A stretch of DNA of 64,000 nucleotides from Eledone cirrhosa (Eukaryota): contig OZ024742.1 in the NCBI GenBank assembly GCA_964016885.1, positions 125,240,001 through 125,304,000 on the forward strand, written 5' to 3'. The notes beneath the pieces were generated by a model. The model did not search any database, was not told the DNA's origin, and worked only from the letters and a program-made list of their open reading frames with translations. Of this stretch, positions 1 through 12,669 are shown one piece after another. Position numbers and translations under genes: made by a program. Position 1 is the first letter of the stretch, and every line of letters starts with the position of its first letter.

Positions 1-26
1 TCTTTTTTGCTGCTGCCGCAGCGAAA

Positions 27-330
27 GTGTTCTTCTTGTTTTCGTTGGAGGTGTTGTCGTTGTTCTTGTTGGTGTTGTTGTTATCACTGTCGCTGTTATC
101 ATTGTTGTCTTTGTTGCCACCGTTGTTCTCGGTGCAGTTGGTATTGTTGGTGTTGGTGTTGTCGCTATTTGTTTTCATGTTAGTGTTGATATTGTTGCAT
201 TTGACATTTTTCTTTTGTTATCTGTATTTTCGTTGTCGCTGTTACTGTCATTTTTTTTCAAAATTAGAGTTCTCATTGGTATCATAGGTGTCTTTGTTTA
301 AATTGTTTGTGGTGGTGTTTGTGTTATCAA
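27..330. repeat. Low-complexity (GTT/TGT)-rich degenerate simple repeat
   Basis: Runs of gttgtt/ttgttg; the overlapping Leu/Val-rich ORFs are a compositional artefact. Confidence 0.7.
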
Positions 331-610
331 TGTGTGTTAATTTCGCTGTAGCGCTCCTCTCAACTTTTATGTCGTTGTCGCACGACAGGCGACATATCGC
401 TGGGGGGCGTGACTCAGCCATGTTTTTTTTCTCCGTAAATGTTTTAACATGTAAAAAAAGTTCAAATATTTGGGCCAAAAAGCCCAAATGTTATACTTTC
501 CCCTACACAACAAGAAATATTTAACAAGAAATTGTTTTAACAGGCAAATCAAGCGACTTACTGGGAGCGAGCTAAATGGGCGTCCGAACAGATCAATAAT
601 AATAATAATA

Positions 611-739
611 GTTTCTACTTTAGGCACAAGGCCAGCAATTACCCAGTACATTACTGGTACTTTATTTTATCGACCCCGTAAGGATGAAAGGCAAAGTTAA
701 CCTCGACGGGATTTGAACTCACATCATAAAGGGCCGTAA
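611..739 (-). mobile_element. tRNA-derived SINE with Nin/Deu-type core, 5'-truncated copy
   Basis: Minus strand reads GAGTTCAAATCCC (B box), then TTTGCCTTTCATCCTTACGGGGTCGATAAAATAAAGTACCAG (Deu/Nin-like core), then GGCCTTGTGCCTAAAGTAGAAAC and an (ATT)n tail; seven further copies in the window. Confidence 0.85.
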
Positions 740-775
740 TAATAATTATAATAATAATAATAATAATAATAATAG

Positions 776-1670
776 AATTGTACTGAAGGAGAGGACAATA
801 GACCAGGGGATGTCCAAGGAGGAAATAACAAGGAGAAAGAGCAGCCTTCATGAAAAATCCCTTCATAGTACCTTCTTTGAGAAAACTGAATTCAGAGATC
901 CACAAACATGGAACTGGTTGAAAGGAGGAGACCTTAAAAAGGCTACAGAAGGAATGCTAATGGCTGCGCAAGAGCAGGCCCTCAAAACGAAGTGGCTGAA
1001 ACACCATATTTACAAGGAGGAGGCTATCCCACTGTGCAGGATCTGTGGAGAGAGAGAGGAGACTGTGGCTCACATTGTATCAGAGTGTAAACACCTAGCC
1101 CAGACTCACTATAAAGGCTGGAGACATGATGTGATGGGCAGGGTGATCCACTGGCAAGGTAAACAATTTACCACATTCTGAGAAGTGGTATGAGCATAAG
1201 CCAGAGTCGGTGATAGAGAACGATCAGCTGAAGGTGCTGTGGGATTTTTGGATACAGACGGACAAGAAACTGGAACACAATAGACCTGACCTGGTGGTTT
1301 GGGACAAGGAAAAAAGATCGTGCCTGATTGTGGATGTGGCCTGCCCATTCGACACGAGAGTGCAAGAGAAGGAGAGGGAGATAATTAACCGATACCAGGA
1401 CTTAAAGTGGGAGGTAAAAAGGATTTGGAACTGCCATGAAGTCAAAGTAGTCCCGATTGTCATAGGCGCACTAGGTACTATCTCAAAAAGTTTCCAGGGA
1501 TGGTTAAAGAAAATTGGCCCCGCTCCGCTTTTTGGAACACTTCAAAAGGCATGCTTGCTGGGAACAGCAAGAACCCTCCGATACGTCCTGAATATCTGAG
1601 GCTGCAGGTACTGGCTTGATATTCATTTCTACAAACTTTCCAGTTAACTAACATCAATGACTGAGACTCA
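776..1670 (+). mobile_element. R4/Dong-type RLE non-LTR retrotransposon, 5'-truncated 3' fragment (frameshifted)
   Basis: ORFs 810-1181 and 1210-1599: ATEGMLMAAQEQAL, zinc knuckle CRICGEREETVAHIVSEC, RHD, RPDLVV..IVDVACP..RYQDL restriction-like endonuclease, LQKACLLGTARTLR. Begins directly after (AAT)n; 3' end shared with the copy at 24450-24699. Confidence 0.9.
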
Positions 1671-4660
1671 GCCATGGGCTGAAAGTTCTCCGGAAGAGAG
1701 CAAACAGCTGATCTTCTTCGACGCCCAGGATCTCTCCGAGAACGTCGTCGCTCTTCCCCTCCACTAGTCCTCTATAGAACGCCGAGGTGGATGTTCCATC
1801 GATACTGGTGCCCAGCTGGCAGAGGGCAGTGAGTGCCTGGAGACATTCCAGTTTCCTAGCGCTATCCCTCGGTCTTTTTCTGACCCAGGACTGCAACTCC
1901 GTCAAGGAGACGAGCTGTAGGAAAACGTGCTTGGCGAACGGCGACCACACATGTTCACCGTCAAGTAAGCGCCAGAGATGTCGCAGCCTCAGCGCATGTT
2001 TGCGCATCATCAGCCATGGCATGCCCAGTCTTCCACGCAACGGGTATTGACAGCAGATTGATCGACTGACCATGGGAGCGCGCCCCTTCCACAAAAAGCA
2101 GAAGAGGAGGCGCTCCATTTTGGTGAGAGTTGGGCCGGGGCAAGGCACGACGGTGAGGCGGTAGCAGATGACGGATGCGATGTACGCATTCGCCACCTCC
2201 ACCCGACCTTTCAGGGAGAGGTTCCTCTCAGCCCATTTCTGGGTGAGGGAGGCCACCTTGCTCGTCACCTCGTTCCAGTTTTTCTCCATCTGGAGGTCCG
2301 GTCCGAACCAGATCCCGAGCAATTTAACCGGTCCGTCCGTCCAACGCCCCACGATGCTATCGGACGGCATGGACTTGCCTCTCCTGGTGCCGAGCTAGTT
2401 TATCTTTGCTCCTGTCAACGCTTCGTATTGCTTGAGAGCGGTGCCGAGCATCAGGACGTGTCTGGTGCTCGACACCACTACGGTCACGTCGGATTTACCC
2501 CAGTTTGTGCAGAAACGGCTCGAGAGCCAATACGTACAAGAGGGACGAGAATGAACTACCCTGGCGGACCGAGCGCATGATGCTGAACGGCTGCGACAGG
2601 TGACCGTTGACCCTCGCAACTGAGCAGATGTCGCTGTACATCGCAACGATCCAACCCCTGACAACGGGCCTGAAACCGGCTGCCTCGGGGACCACCACCA
2701 GGTACCGATGGTCGACCCTATCAAAAGCTTTGAATTGATCCAAGTTGATCAGGGCCCCACCCGTAGCAGGTTCCTTAACCACCCTCTCTATGATGTATTG
2801 CATGAGGTGGGGGTGGTCGTGCATGGATCTGTCCGGAATGGCGCATGTATGTGCCTCTCCCACCAGACCCTTGACGACAAGCGCCAACCTCGTTGCTAAC
2901 ACCTTGGCCAAAATCTTGAACTCTGCGTTTAGCAGGGTTATGGGCCTGAAGTTATCGATAACATCCCTCTTGTTCAGGTCTTTCCTCAGCAGCGCCACCG
3001 CTCCCCGGCTCACAAAACTAGGAATGCTCCCGTCCTGCTGCCAGTTGCAGTAGACGTATGCTAAGAGGTCACCGAACAAGTCTGGCATACATAAAGCTCG
3101 TAGGGCAGACCATCCAAACCTGGCGATTTACCCCACGCGCTGCTAGCCATCGCTTCCAGTATTTCACTGGCTGTTTGGCTTTTCGCAACACTGTGCTGCG
3201 GTCGTCGACAGCCGAGGCAGTCCATCGAGGTATGCACTGAAGTTCATACCCTGATCCGGCCCGCCGCTGCTCCCGAACAGTTCAGCAAAGTACTGCTGAA
3301 AAGCTTCACACATCTGCTCGGGTTCAAGCAACACGCGCCTGTTTTGATCAGACAAAGACCGAATTGTGGCTTTGCTGCCACGTCGCGCCTCTGCCACTCG
3401 AGCCCATTGGACGGCTTTTGTCCCCTCGTGTTTCAGAGCACACGCTCTAGCTCTGACAACGCAGCCTTCGTGTTTTGCGTTGAAGAATTGGTCGAGTGCC
3501 AATCTCGCCGCAAGCACATATGTTGCGATGCCTGTCCTAAACCCCTCTTCTAGCTTTCTGACTAGCTCTCCCTCTACTCTCTTTTCCTCTATCACGGGTT
3601 CTTTGCTAAACCTAATCGACTCTACTTTAATTGCCCCTTTCAGGGCGAACCACCACCAGTTGTTGACGCCCGCTCCGCTCAACGCCCGCTTAACTAATAC
3701 GCTAATCCGGTCTCTGTAGGCTTTGCGCGCCGGGAAAGACGCGTTCAGCTTCCAGTAACCAGGCCCTTGTCTATGAAGTTTGTCTGTCGATCTCACAGAT
3801 CACAAATTTGTGGTCTGTGTAGTCGATTATTTTAAAATGTGGACAATTTATACTAGCCTTATCTAGTTCTCTGCAGAATACCCTATCGAGATACGATCTG
3901 GATGATCCGATGCGGTTTGTCAATGTCCACATTGGCACATTCGGGTGATCCAGTCGATACCTGTCAGACAGTTCAAAACGTCTGAGCAGGTTGGTGAGGC
4001 TCTTGCACCCTCCTCCCCTATCCACTAGCCTCACACAATCCCAGCGTGCATCCAAGATACCGTTCCAGTCGCCCACTAACACTAAAGAGCGGGACGTTCC
4101 AATAAAGGTCTCTAGACGTCTAAAGAAATCTGGCCGTCCTGTCCCTGACGGCTAGACGGCTACTAGCCTGAAAGCGTTGCCTTCGGTGCCGCTTACGTCC
4201 AGCACCACCAACTTATCTTCTGGGTCCAGGAAGATGGTCCGTATGGCGAGACCCAAGCCATTCCGAAACAACACACCCACTCCGCTCCCCGCTCCCGGAC
4301 GGCTCGGAGATGCGTACACCTCGTAACCGTTGAAGATCGGTGCGAAGCCTTGCGTTTCGGAGATTCTCGTTTTGCAGATGGCCACCACATCTATGTTTAG
4401 TGACCCGAGGTCGTTAAGCAAGTGACCCTGCTTCCAAACCGAGCTCAAGCCACGCACGTTTACACCTCCGATCCTGAATATGCCCATGTTGGGTGAGGAA
4501 CGGGGCAAGTGAGAAAGGATCACTTACCTTGATCGTCTGTTGAAGGGACCGCTGAATCGTCCCTTCGGCTGGTCGTCGGCTCTTCTGTGAATATATCCGA
4601 ATATACTCTCCGGTTGAGTGTCCCTCCTAGGTCTCTTAAATCACCAACTGCGTTGGGGAA
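1671..4660 (-). mobile_element. Tx1-type (L1 clade) LINE, degenerate ORF2 (APE endonuclease + RT), lacking its 3' end
   Basis: Split ORFs 4152-4523 (VNVRGL), 3771-4082 (VGDWN, YLDRVF, TDHK), 3164-3796 (GYWKLNAS), 2495-3088 (NFRPITLLNAEFKILAKVLATRL, LDQFKAFDRVDH, VRQG) and 1654-2370 (KLLGIWFG); several frameshifts. 5' boundary approximate. Confidence 0.9.
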
Positions 4661-4790
4661 TTTCATTTTAATGTTTGTGTTGTTTCTGTGATATTCTTAC
4701 CAGTCTTATGTTCGTTGGTGTTTTGATTGGTGCTGGAATTATGTAGTCGTGATGTGAAATGTCTGTGTGTTCAATTATAATAATAATAAC

Positions 4791-4890
4791 AACCTTGATA
4801 GAATTGGAATCAATCCCATCATTGTAACATTGCAGCAAACAACAGTTTTGGAAACAGCAATGGAAAATGCTGTCTATCTGAGATAAACAT
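4791..4890 (+). mobile_element. Very short, diverged R4/Dong-like 3' remnant
   Basis: Follows (AAT)n; translates LDRIGINPIIVTLQQTTVLETA, resembling the LQKACLLGTA terminus of the other RLE copies. Confidence 0.4.
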
Positions 4891-4967
4891 AACTTGATAG
4901 GAAGTCAATTAAATGATGCAGTGTTAATCTGATCATCACTGAAAATGAATATGAATAATTATAAAGA

Positions 4968-5176
4968 TTTCTGATTTAAGCACAAGGCCAACAATTTAGG
5001 GGGAGAGAAAAGTCAATTAAATCGACCTCAGTGCATTAGTGGTACTTTATTTTTCGACGCCGAAAGGATGAAAGGCAAAGCTAACCTCGATGGGATTTGT
5101 ACTCAGAACGTAAAGGGGTGTAACTATGCTGCGAAGCAATGTGTCCGACGCTCTACCGATACTGCCAATCCACCGC
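4968..5176 (-). mobile_element. Nin/Deu-domain SINE, near full length
   Basis: Minus strand GCGGTGGATTGGCAGTATCGGTAGAG head (A-box-like), GAGTACAAATCCC B-box variant, core and tail present. Confidence 0.85.
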
Positions 5177-6913
5177 ATTAATATGAATAATAATAATCGA
5201 ATAATAATGACTCAGTTTTACAGAGATTCTACTGCATCGACATATGCATCCAATGTTTCTGAGGTGTGTCAAGCTTTAGATGGGAATGCATTTCGAATAA
5301 GTGGAGTGTTTCGGTACTGACTATTGTTTGTCTTTCGTATGTAGATTGTACTCTATATTGCGTGTAAGGTGTTGGTGTAGATGTTGTAGTTTGTTATATT
5401 GTTTCGTGTATGTTATTCCATAGAATGACTTTTGCGCCAGTTGTCATGAAATGTGAGGCTTCATATGGATTTTATGATTTTTGTTCATATGTTTGTGTTA
5501 TTTTGTCTGGTGGCTTGAATTTGTATGTGCACAGTTTTCACGTTCTTGTGACACATATCCCTGCATTCAATTTCTTCTACCGAAAAGTGTGTTGGTATGA
5601 CGAGATCAAGATGCATATCAGAACAAAGGCATTGTATGTAATTATTGTACAATAACTATGATTATTATATGTATTCTGAATATAGTTTTCGTCAAAATTG
5701 TTTGCGACTATTCATAGGATCGACGTTGCTATAGAATATTTTTCTCGGAGCATGACGCATTGTTTATATACATAGAAAAACATTTTAGATTATTGTGAGT
5801 TGTTAGAGTAGATAGTATTATTCTTTGTTAATGTTACAATACTTATTACAGAATGCTACCAGGAATATATGTGTCGTATCATGGCTACTAGAATTATGAT
5901 ATTATTGCCACTCAGGCCGCTGAACGTCTATCCAACAGAAACAGAGACATAAGTTCGGTTATTTTGGAACATATAATTTTCCTCTGTCTATTTGCGCTCA
6001 AATCAAGACAGCTTCTCTTTCAAGAAACGCCTACTTAAAAATACTTGCAAATAAGCATAGCCCAGAGACCAATCAGAAGACATTGAAATATTTAATTTCC
6101 TAGCAAGACACACGCCTTGTGCGCGAAAGATAACATTTTATAATGTTAAAAAACGTCACTCCAAACAACTTAAACGATACTGTCAACAAGAATATCAGAG
6201 ACAACAACAAACAAACATATTGCCAAACGAAGACAATCAAAGTTTAATGAACGAAAGTGTCGCTTTAAGCAATATTGACAGTATTTTTGGCATTTTCTTT
6301 TTTGTCTTGATAGCAACACTAAGGACGTGACCATGTGTAATCTATTAGAGAAAGAATAAACATCATGAAGGGGTGGGAACCAGGAAATCATTATCTCATT
6401 TGTATCTAAAAACAATCAAATATCTATATAATATCTGCATCTCTAAAACATATTTTCCTCGTGTACTTGCTGCAAAAGTTGAAGGTGTTCCTGATCGATA
6501 TGTGGAAATATATTTCCTACATTGGTTGAGGTAAATATTATGTTACCTATTGTTAAAATTTCGAAATTTAAGACGGCGAGAGAAAGCATGCTGAACTAGT
6601 GCATCATAGATTTGTTTATAGGATTGTGTCATACTTTATGGCACCACAAAACGCTGGGGCCACATATTTGAAACATAACAAGCTGGTGGTGAGCCCATGC
6701 ATCTCTGAGGTAATTGTAATGAACCCAATTTATGTAAGACAATGTGTGAGCATTTTCAGTTCCACCAGCAAGCTGCTTACACGAATCAGGCCAGAAAGAT
6801 GACAGTGTAGGAGGGTCATGAAATTGTTATATATGTAATCCGCAACGGAAACGAATATTTCTCTTCGTCCGTTAGACTTAAGTTGCTGGTGTTCGCCTGA
6901 TCGAGATCAAAGA

Positions 6914-8732
6914 TCAGTGATCTGTTTCCAGAAAATTTCGATATTTAAATGTTGAGACAAATTTTTCTCCCAAACCTGAAATTTGGCCCAAATCTTCAAT
7001 CTTTTCAAAAGATCCATATTTCTGCTGCCAGTTATATATTTAGTCAGCTTTCTTGTTCCCAACAGAACGGAGGAGGAGAATATCAGCTTTATTTACGGAG
7101 GTTAACAAATTTTAAACATGGTTTTTGTTTGGTATATGTTTGTGTTTGAGCAATATTTCATCATCATTACTTGAAGCTTCATCCCCTATATTAAAATCAG
7201 TATATCTACGTTTCCTTACTTCTGAACGACATCTATTAGAGGTCCTTAATATTGGTCGCAGTGGAGTACAATTTGGTGGCAGTGGGGTACAATTCCCAAT
7301 GTTTTTCGCGATTCCATCACTCTCGGCTACCACAGAGTTATTTGGCTGTTGGTCCTCATCAGAATATTGTTCCGTCATGTCAAACATCACCCTTGGACCA
7401 GTTGACCGTTGATGCAGACGTGAACTTCCAAGAACTGCTTCAGGTGTTCTTGGAATATTCTCAGTATTATTGGGAATATCAGCAGAAACACACCTCTCTC
7501 CAGTCATTTCTCTGTTTTGCTTAGAATGGTCATCTTTCTTTATTACCGTCATCAGTATATGGGTCTTTTCATGAATATCTTTCAGAAGTTTTCTGGCTAA
7601 ATCAAAATCTGAAACAATTGGAAATATATCTGATAACGCTCCAGAAATATTTACACCTGGAGAATCTGGTGAAAGTTCCGGTCTCTTTGCTGCATCTTGT
7701 TGATCATCATTAACACTGGAATCACATCCTCGCATTTGTTTACATGCGACAGTTTTGTTGACAACTTTCTTTCTCTTCGTAGCAAAGTTTAAAGTAGAGT
7801 AAGTGTTGAAGTAATATTTCTCTTGCAATTGTTGCAATAATCATCGTAGAATTTCGGCCTCCAAACGAGTTCTGTAAAAGTCTTGTGAGTTTACTGTTTC
7901 TATATGGTATTCTTTGCTGGCCACTGTTGATGGCATCAACCATTTCATGGAGGATAAACTGAGATTTATTGGCACAGGAACTTTCTCGCATCCTCAAGCC
8001 TTTATTGTCAGAAAATCTGTTATTCTCCAAGCCAGCCAAATCAACAAAATGTATTTTACCAATATACGTGGTAAATGGTGGAAACAGTTCGTGTTTTTCA
8101 ACAGTAACTAGCAAAATGGTATGACTGCGACTGGGATGGTTGTTATTAAAATTGCTGGATATGGGAGATCTTTGAGACATGGCAGGCAAGAATACAAATT
8201 GAAACATAGCATAAGAAGTAACTTGTTTCTCTGTAAGACCATGAATTACGGTGTTCTTGTGGTTATCTTCCCATATTTGAAGACGACACTTACATTCAAC
8301 CACCAAGTCGATAACCTTTTCATTATATATCTCTAAAAACGATAAATGTATCTTATACATAAGGTTTTCATTAGAATGAGCTTCAATATATTGGAATAAA
8401 TCCTTGAAGGCTTGTGGAACAATCCCTGGATTATCACTGGTTCCAACCATTGTATAAGTTTTTCCTGTTCTAAGGGCTTCATATGTCAAGACAGACATAT
8501 TTTCTCCCTTAAAGACACAATTTAACTTTGGAGCTACAAAGGTTTTATAAACATCTTCCTGGGTAGTGTCAGCATCAAAGACGGTATTGAATTGGTACTT
8601 GATATTCTGAGTATAGTTTCGAGGATTCACAATTTCTAAGGTGTTGTTCTCGCAGGTGACATAAAAGGTGTCATCTTTGATAAACTGGGGGTGCACTCGG
8701 ACAGCTACCTCTATGCTTTTCTTGGACTTCAT
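6914..8732 (-). pseudogene. KIF22: Intronless, disabled KIF22/Kid (kinesin-10) copy
   Basis: Motor domain 7740-8732 has KIF22-type segments (SFLEIYNEKV, SRSH, DLAGLENNRFSDNKGLRMRES, IPYRNSKLTRLLQ). Frameshift at ~7823 into 7112-7837 (KYYFNTYSTLNFA). Reading through TAA at 7112-7114 and 7040-7042 in the same frame gives a C-terminal helix-hairpin-helix (LLRSVGNKKAD*IYNWQQKYGSFEKIEDLGQISGLG) ending at TGA 6914-6916. P-loop degraded to YEALRTGKT. Confidence 0.88.
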
Positions 8733-9530
8733 GTTGATACAAAGATATTAATATGTGTGTGTATATAGAAATTCGTTTCATAAAAATATCGTTTCAAAAG
8801 CGTTTTGAAAGCCGCGCTGTTTGTGTAACGGACAAGTAAGGGCTGCAACGAGATCGACAAACTTAGGACCCAACGGAAACAAATTACAATGTCACTGAAA
8901 TAACGGGATTTTGTTGAATTTGAGGATATTACCTGAATCCCAGAACATTTTTGTTTTCAAAAAGCATAGATTGATGTGAGTGATGTTCGAAATGAAGAAT
9001 CCCAAATGCTGAATTTTCGGAAAGACATCCCCTTATTGCTTTTTGTTCCAAGGGGAACCACAGTTGCTCAACAACCAGAACAACAACAGCAGCGATAATC
9101 ACAGCAATGACAACATCGAAAGTGATACGCTCTTAGCCAACAGTACACTAAACGTCTACGCGAGTAAGGAAAACATTACATAGAATATGATGATCGCTTC
9201 AAAGGTCAGTCAAAGACAGTGATACTCTTGATTGTATTCTGGCGATCTAGGTCACGATGGAAAGGAAGCAACGCGCCTTTGAACCCGGAGATATTTAGGC
9301 GGTTTTCAGCCCTTTATTGATCAAGAGACTTTCAATTTTTGTAAATGCTTATTATGTGTTAATATATTGTATTACGATGTTGGCCTTGTGCCTAAATCAG
9401 AAACGAATATATTGTATTACGTTTTTGACACCCCTTGGTTATTATATACACAAACATCATCGACATTGTGTTCTATTAAACTGAATATGCCTTCTTTACA
9501 ACAATTGTGGTACATTTATAGCTAATTTTC

Positions 9531-9559
9531 AACCTGGACAACGCCGAGTATTCTGCTAG
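9531..9559 (+). mobile_element. Possible Helitron 3' terminus (degenerate hairpin + CTAG)
   Basis: AACCTGGACAACGCCGAGTATTCTGCTAG resembles the CCCGGGCAACGCCGGG..CTAG Helitron end; followed by A rather than the expected T. Confidence 0.35.
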
Positions 9560-9817
9560 AATTGTATCTCTATATTGAAGGTTGGCCACTGTATGTGTCT
9601 AACACTTCTTTCGGTTTGGTTCCTATGGAACAATCGCATAATTCTCTAATTCCATTGTGCTTTAGGTATATAACTGCCTCTGTATTTCTCTAAATTTGTT
9701 CGAATCATATTCTCATTCGCTGGTGTCTGCATCTCCCTTTAGCTATCTATATTTATTTCTATATCTCGTAGTCTTACAACTTTCAATATATTTCTTTCCA
9801 CATCGTTTAAACTCCTA

Positions 9818-10260
9818 TTATATACATAAATACATACACATAAATATATACATAAATACATACACATAAATATATACATAAATATATACATAAATACATA
9901 CACATAAATATATACATAAATACATACACACCCATACATACATACACACCCATAGGTATATTCGAACCTACACACATGGATAAGGTGTAATATATATTGT
10001 ATGTAATAAAGAAGTATAGCTTACATGGCACTACACATAATCATATGCGAAAGTAGCAACACCGAAATAAATACCAAGATCATTTATAGTACAAATAGCC
10101 GGTGACAATAACTTACATCATCGTAATCTGTCAGAACTTAGAGTGACACTCTTGGAAAAATATCAACCTTCTAGGTAGCTAATGGCTACGAGATAGATGC
10201 AGAGATGCACTCACACATTATATATATATATATGTGTGCGTGTGTGTGTGTGTGTATATG

Positions 10261-10332
<72 letters not shown>

Positions 10333-10388
10333 AGAAAAAGAGTGTGTGTGTGTGTGAGAGAGAGAGAGAGTGTGTGTGTGTGTGTGCA
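9818..10388. repeat. Compound microsatellites: ATACATAA-type minisatellite (~9818-9950) and (TA)n/(TG)n/(GA)n (~10218-10388)
   Basis: Directly visible tandem repeats. Confidence 0.9.
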
Positions 10389-12669
10389 TAGTTTAAAATG
10401 GTGTAACTTTCCAGAGATATTGAAGATTATGAAGTAGAAAATAAAAGTAGGTATATTTAAAGATTCTTTTCTACTTTACTCCAACAGAATGAATATCCTT
10501 ATAATTGTTACATTTAATGGATTCAAGGTTTATAGAATATTACCGGTTTTGATTGGTATGTCAATTTCACAATATATTACGAGTTTGTTTTCATATTCTG
10601 CAAGCAGTTCGATCATATGGAAATGTTCTCTAGAAAATCCAATTTTATATATCGGATCTTTATGAATGAAAGAAGGAAGATAAACAATATTTTTATTCAG
10701 CTTAAAACCTACCATATATTCTTAAACAGAACGTTGAAGAATAAAACCTTATGTTGGTTCATGTGACCAAAGCCAAATAATCGATTCACCTTTAATTGCC
10801 TACCTGTAAATGGCGTCTTTTGAAAAGAGAAAGGGTAAATCAGCTGTGTTTTTTTATCATATTGTATGTTTGATGCATATTATATAATTGGTTAATTCAT
10901 TTCTTGCAAAATTAAGAGTTCCACGGCTGTAGTTGGACTAAATATTCAATCAAGAATATGAATGGTTCAAATCACTGTCTCAAGATCGCTTACTGCAAAA
11001 TATATTCATTCAGAATCAGTTCGTTTTAGTGGCATAAGATTTGCAAGTGACTTTAGCCGCACTACAAATTTGAGTACCGCGATATTTTTTCGTTCTTTTT
11101 TTTTTTTTTTCTTCTTAAATTTCTAATTCGTAAATTAAATGTGCGTGCCGTATTGTTGGGGCGTCAGAAATGCAGTTCCGCTTGTTTTCCATAACTCGTT
11201 TACTGCGAATTTAAATTAGAAATAATGTAAATATATATTTTTATGAACTTATTTCTAATCAACATTGATTCTACAATATTATTTTCTAATTGATCATAAT
11301 ACCGTTAAATGTATCCTTAAAATCAATCAAGTCGATGTTCTTTTTATCAAATCTATACATGATGGTATCATTTTTGCTGTAAAAATTCGATTATAAATCA
11401 ACTTAAGTTTAATGAACAAATGGAATAAACATCACTACCTTAATTATATAAACTTTATTTTTATATTCTTGGTACTGATTGGGGAGCGGATATAATGTAG
11501 CTTAGCAACAGTGGGTATAAAACATTCAGACTAGCACTAGGTAAGAGTTAAGGTTTGATAAATTAGATAACCCGAACAACTAAAATCGCTTTAATAGCAA
11601 AGATACAGAAATAATATAATTTCTCTCTTGTTGATTCGGAAAAAAATGTTTGCTTCAACATTTTATTTGATGCTGAAATCAAATAGAATGAATGCTAATC
11701 TTGACAACCGACAAAAATAATCTAATAAAGAGAATATAATTGTGGACTATTTCAACATATATCATCGAAAAATTCTTTCAGATAAACGTCAGAAGAGGAA
11801 TTAAAAGTTAAACGAAAATTTTTGAGAAGTTTCTATCGATTTCAATATTTTAACATTACATTTAAATGATTAACATCAACCACTATTGTCTATATGTCAA
11901 ATATTTACACAAGTGATACAACTTTAAAATAATTAAAAAAGGAAAAACTGTAGGTTATGAATGATTTCAATTAATTGATACAGACTTCAAATTTATATTC
12001 TACAACTTTAATGTCAGCATCTATAACAATATATCAATAACAAAATAAAAATAATAGTACTAGAAATAATTAACAGTATAAATTCATTTAAAGTGGGTTA
12101 ATATATGGACAAATTAAGAAAAATTGTATCACGAGAGCATCTATGAAAAAGATTAACAAAAATAGTCACATTACAAGGAATAAATAATAATACACAATAA
12201 GGTGGTGATAATCTTAATTATAGAGATTTAGAAGAAATTGAAAAATGTTATACGCGTTCTAAACAATCCTGCATTTAATGTCGCTGTCTTGAATATAAAA
12301 TCGTTTCACATTTTATATTCTTTTTAATACAAGCATTATATTACAATGGTGTTTATACAAAAATAAAACACATTATCAAAGGAAACTGCAAGAAGCAGGG
12401 ACCCTTCCTCGAGCAGGCTGCTGCCTTTCCGGTTTACAGAGGAAATAAGCAGTGCAGGGACCAAGGAAATCAGAGATCTCGACCGATATCGATATAAAGA
12501 GTAAGCGGTGGGTCAGGCGCCGAAATTTAACTATCTGCATTGCGGGCATCGGAGCCCGGCTTTGTAGCTGTATCTGCCATGTTAGAGGCAAAGAAAGAGT
12601 CGCAGCTCTGAAATCAAGTTTGTCATGCACATTTTTAAACAATGCAATTAACATTATTTTTAAGCAAAC

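Noticed and set aside
5220-6420. Possible old LINE remnants (strand-biased composition, LKILAN-like peptide)
   Set aside because: Too degraded to assign by eye.
7740-8732. Functional 330-aa kinesin CDS
   Set aside because: The ORF leaves homology at a frameshift, the P-loop is degraded and the downstream frame has stops; called a pseudogene.
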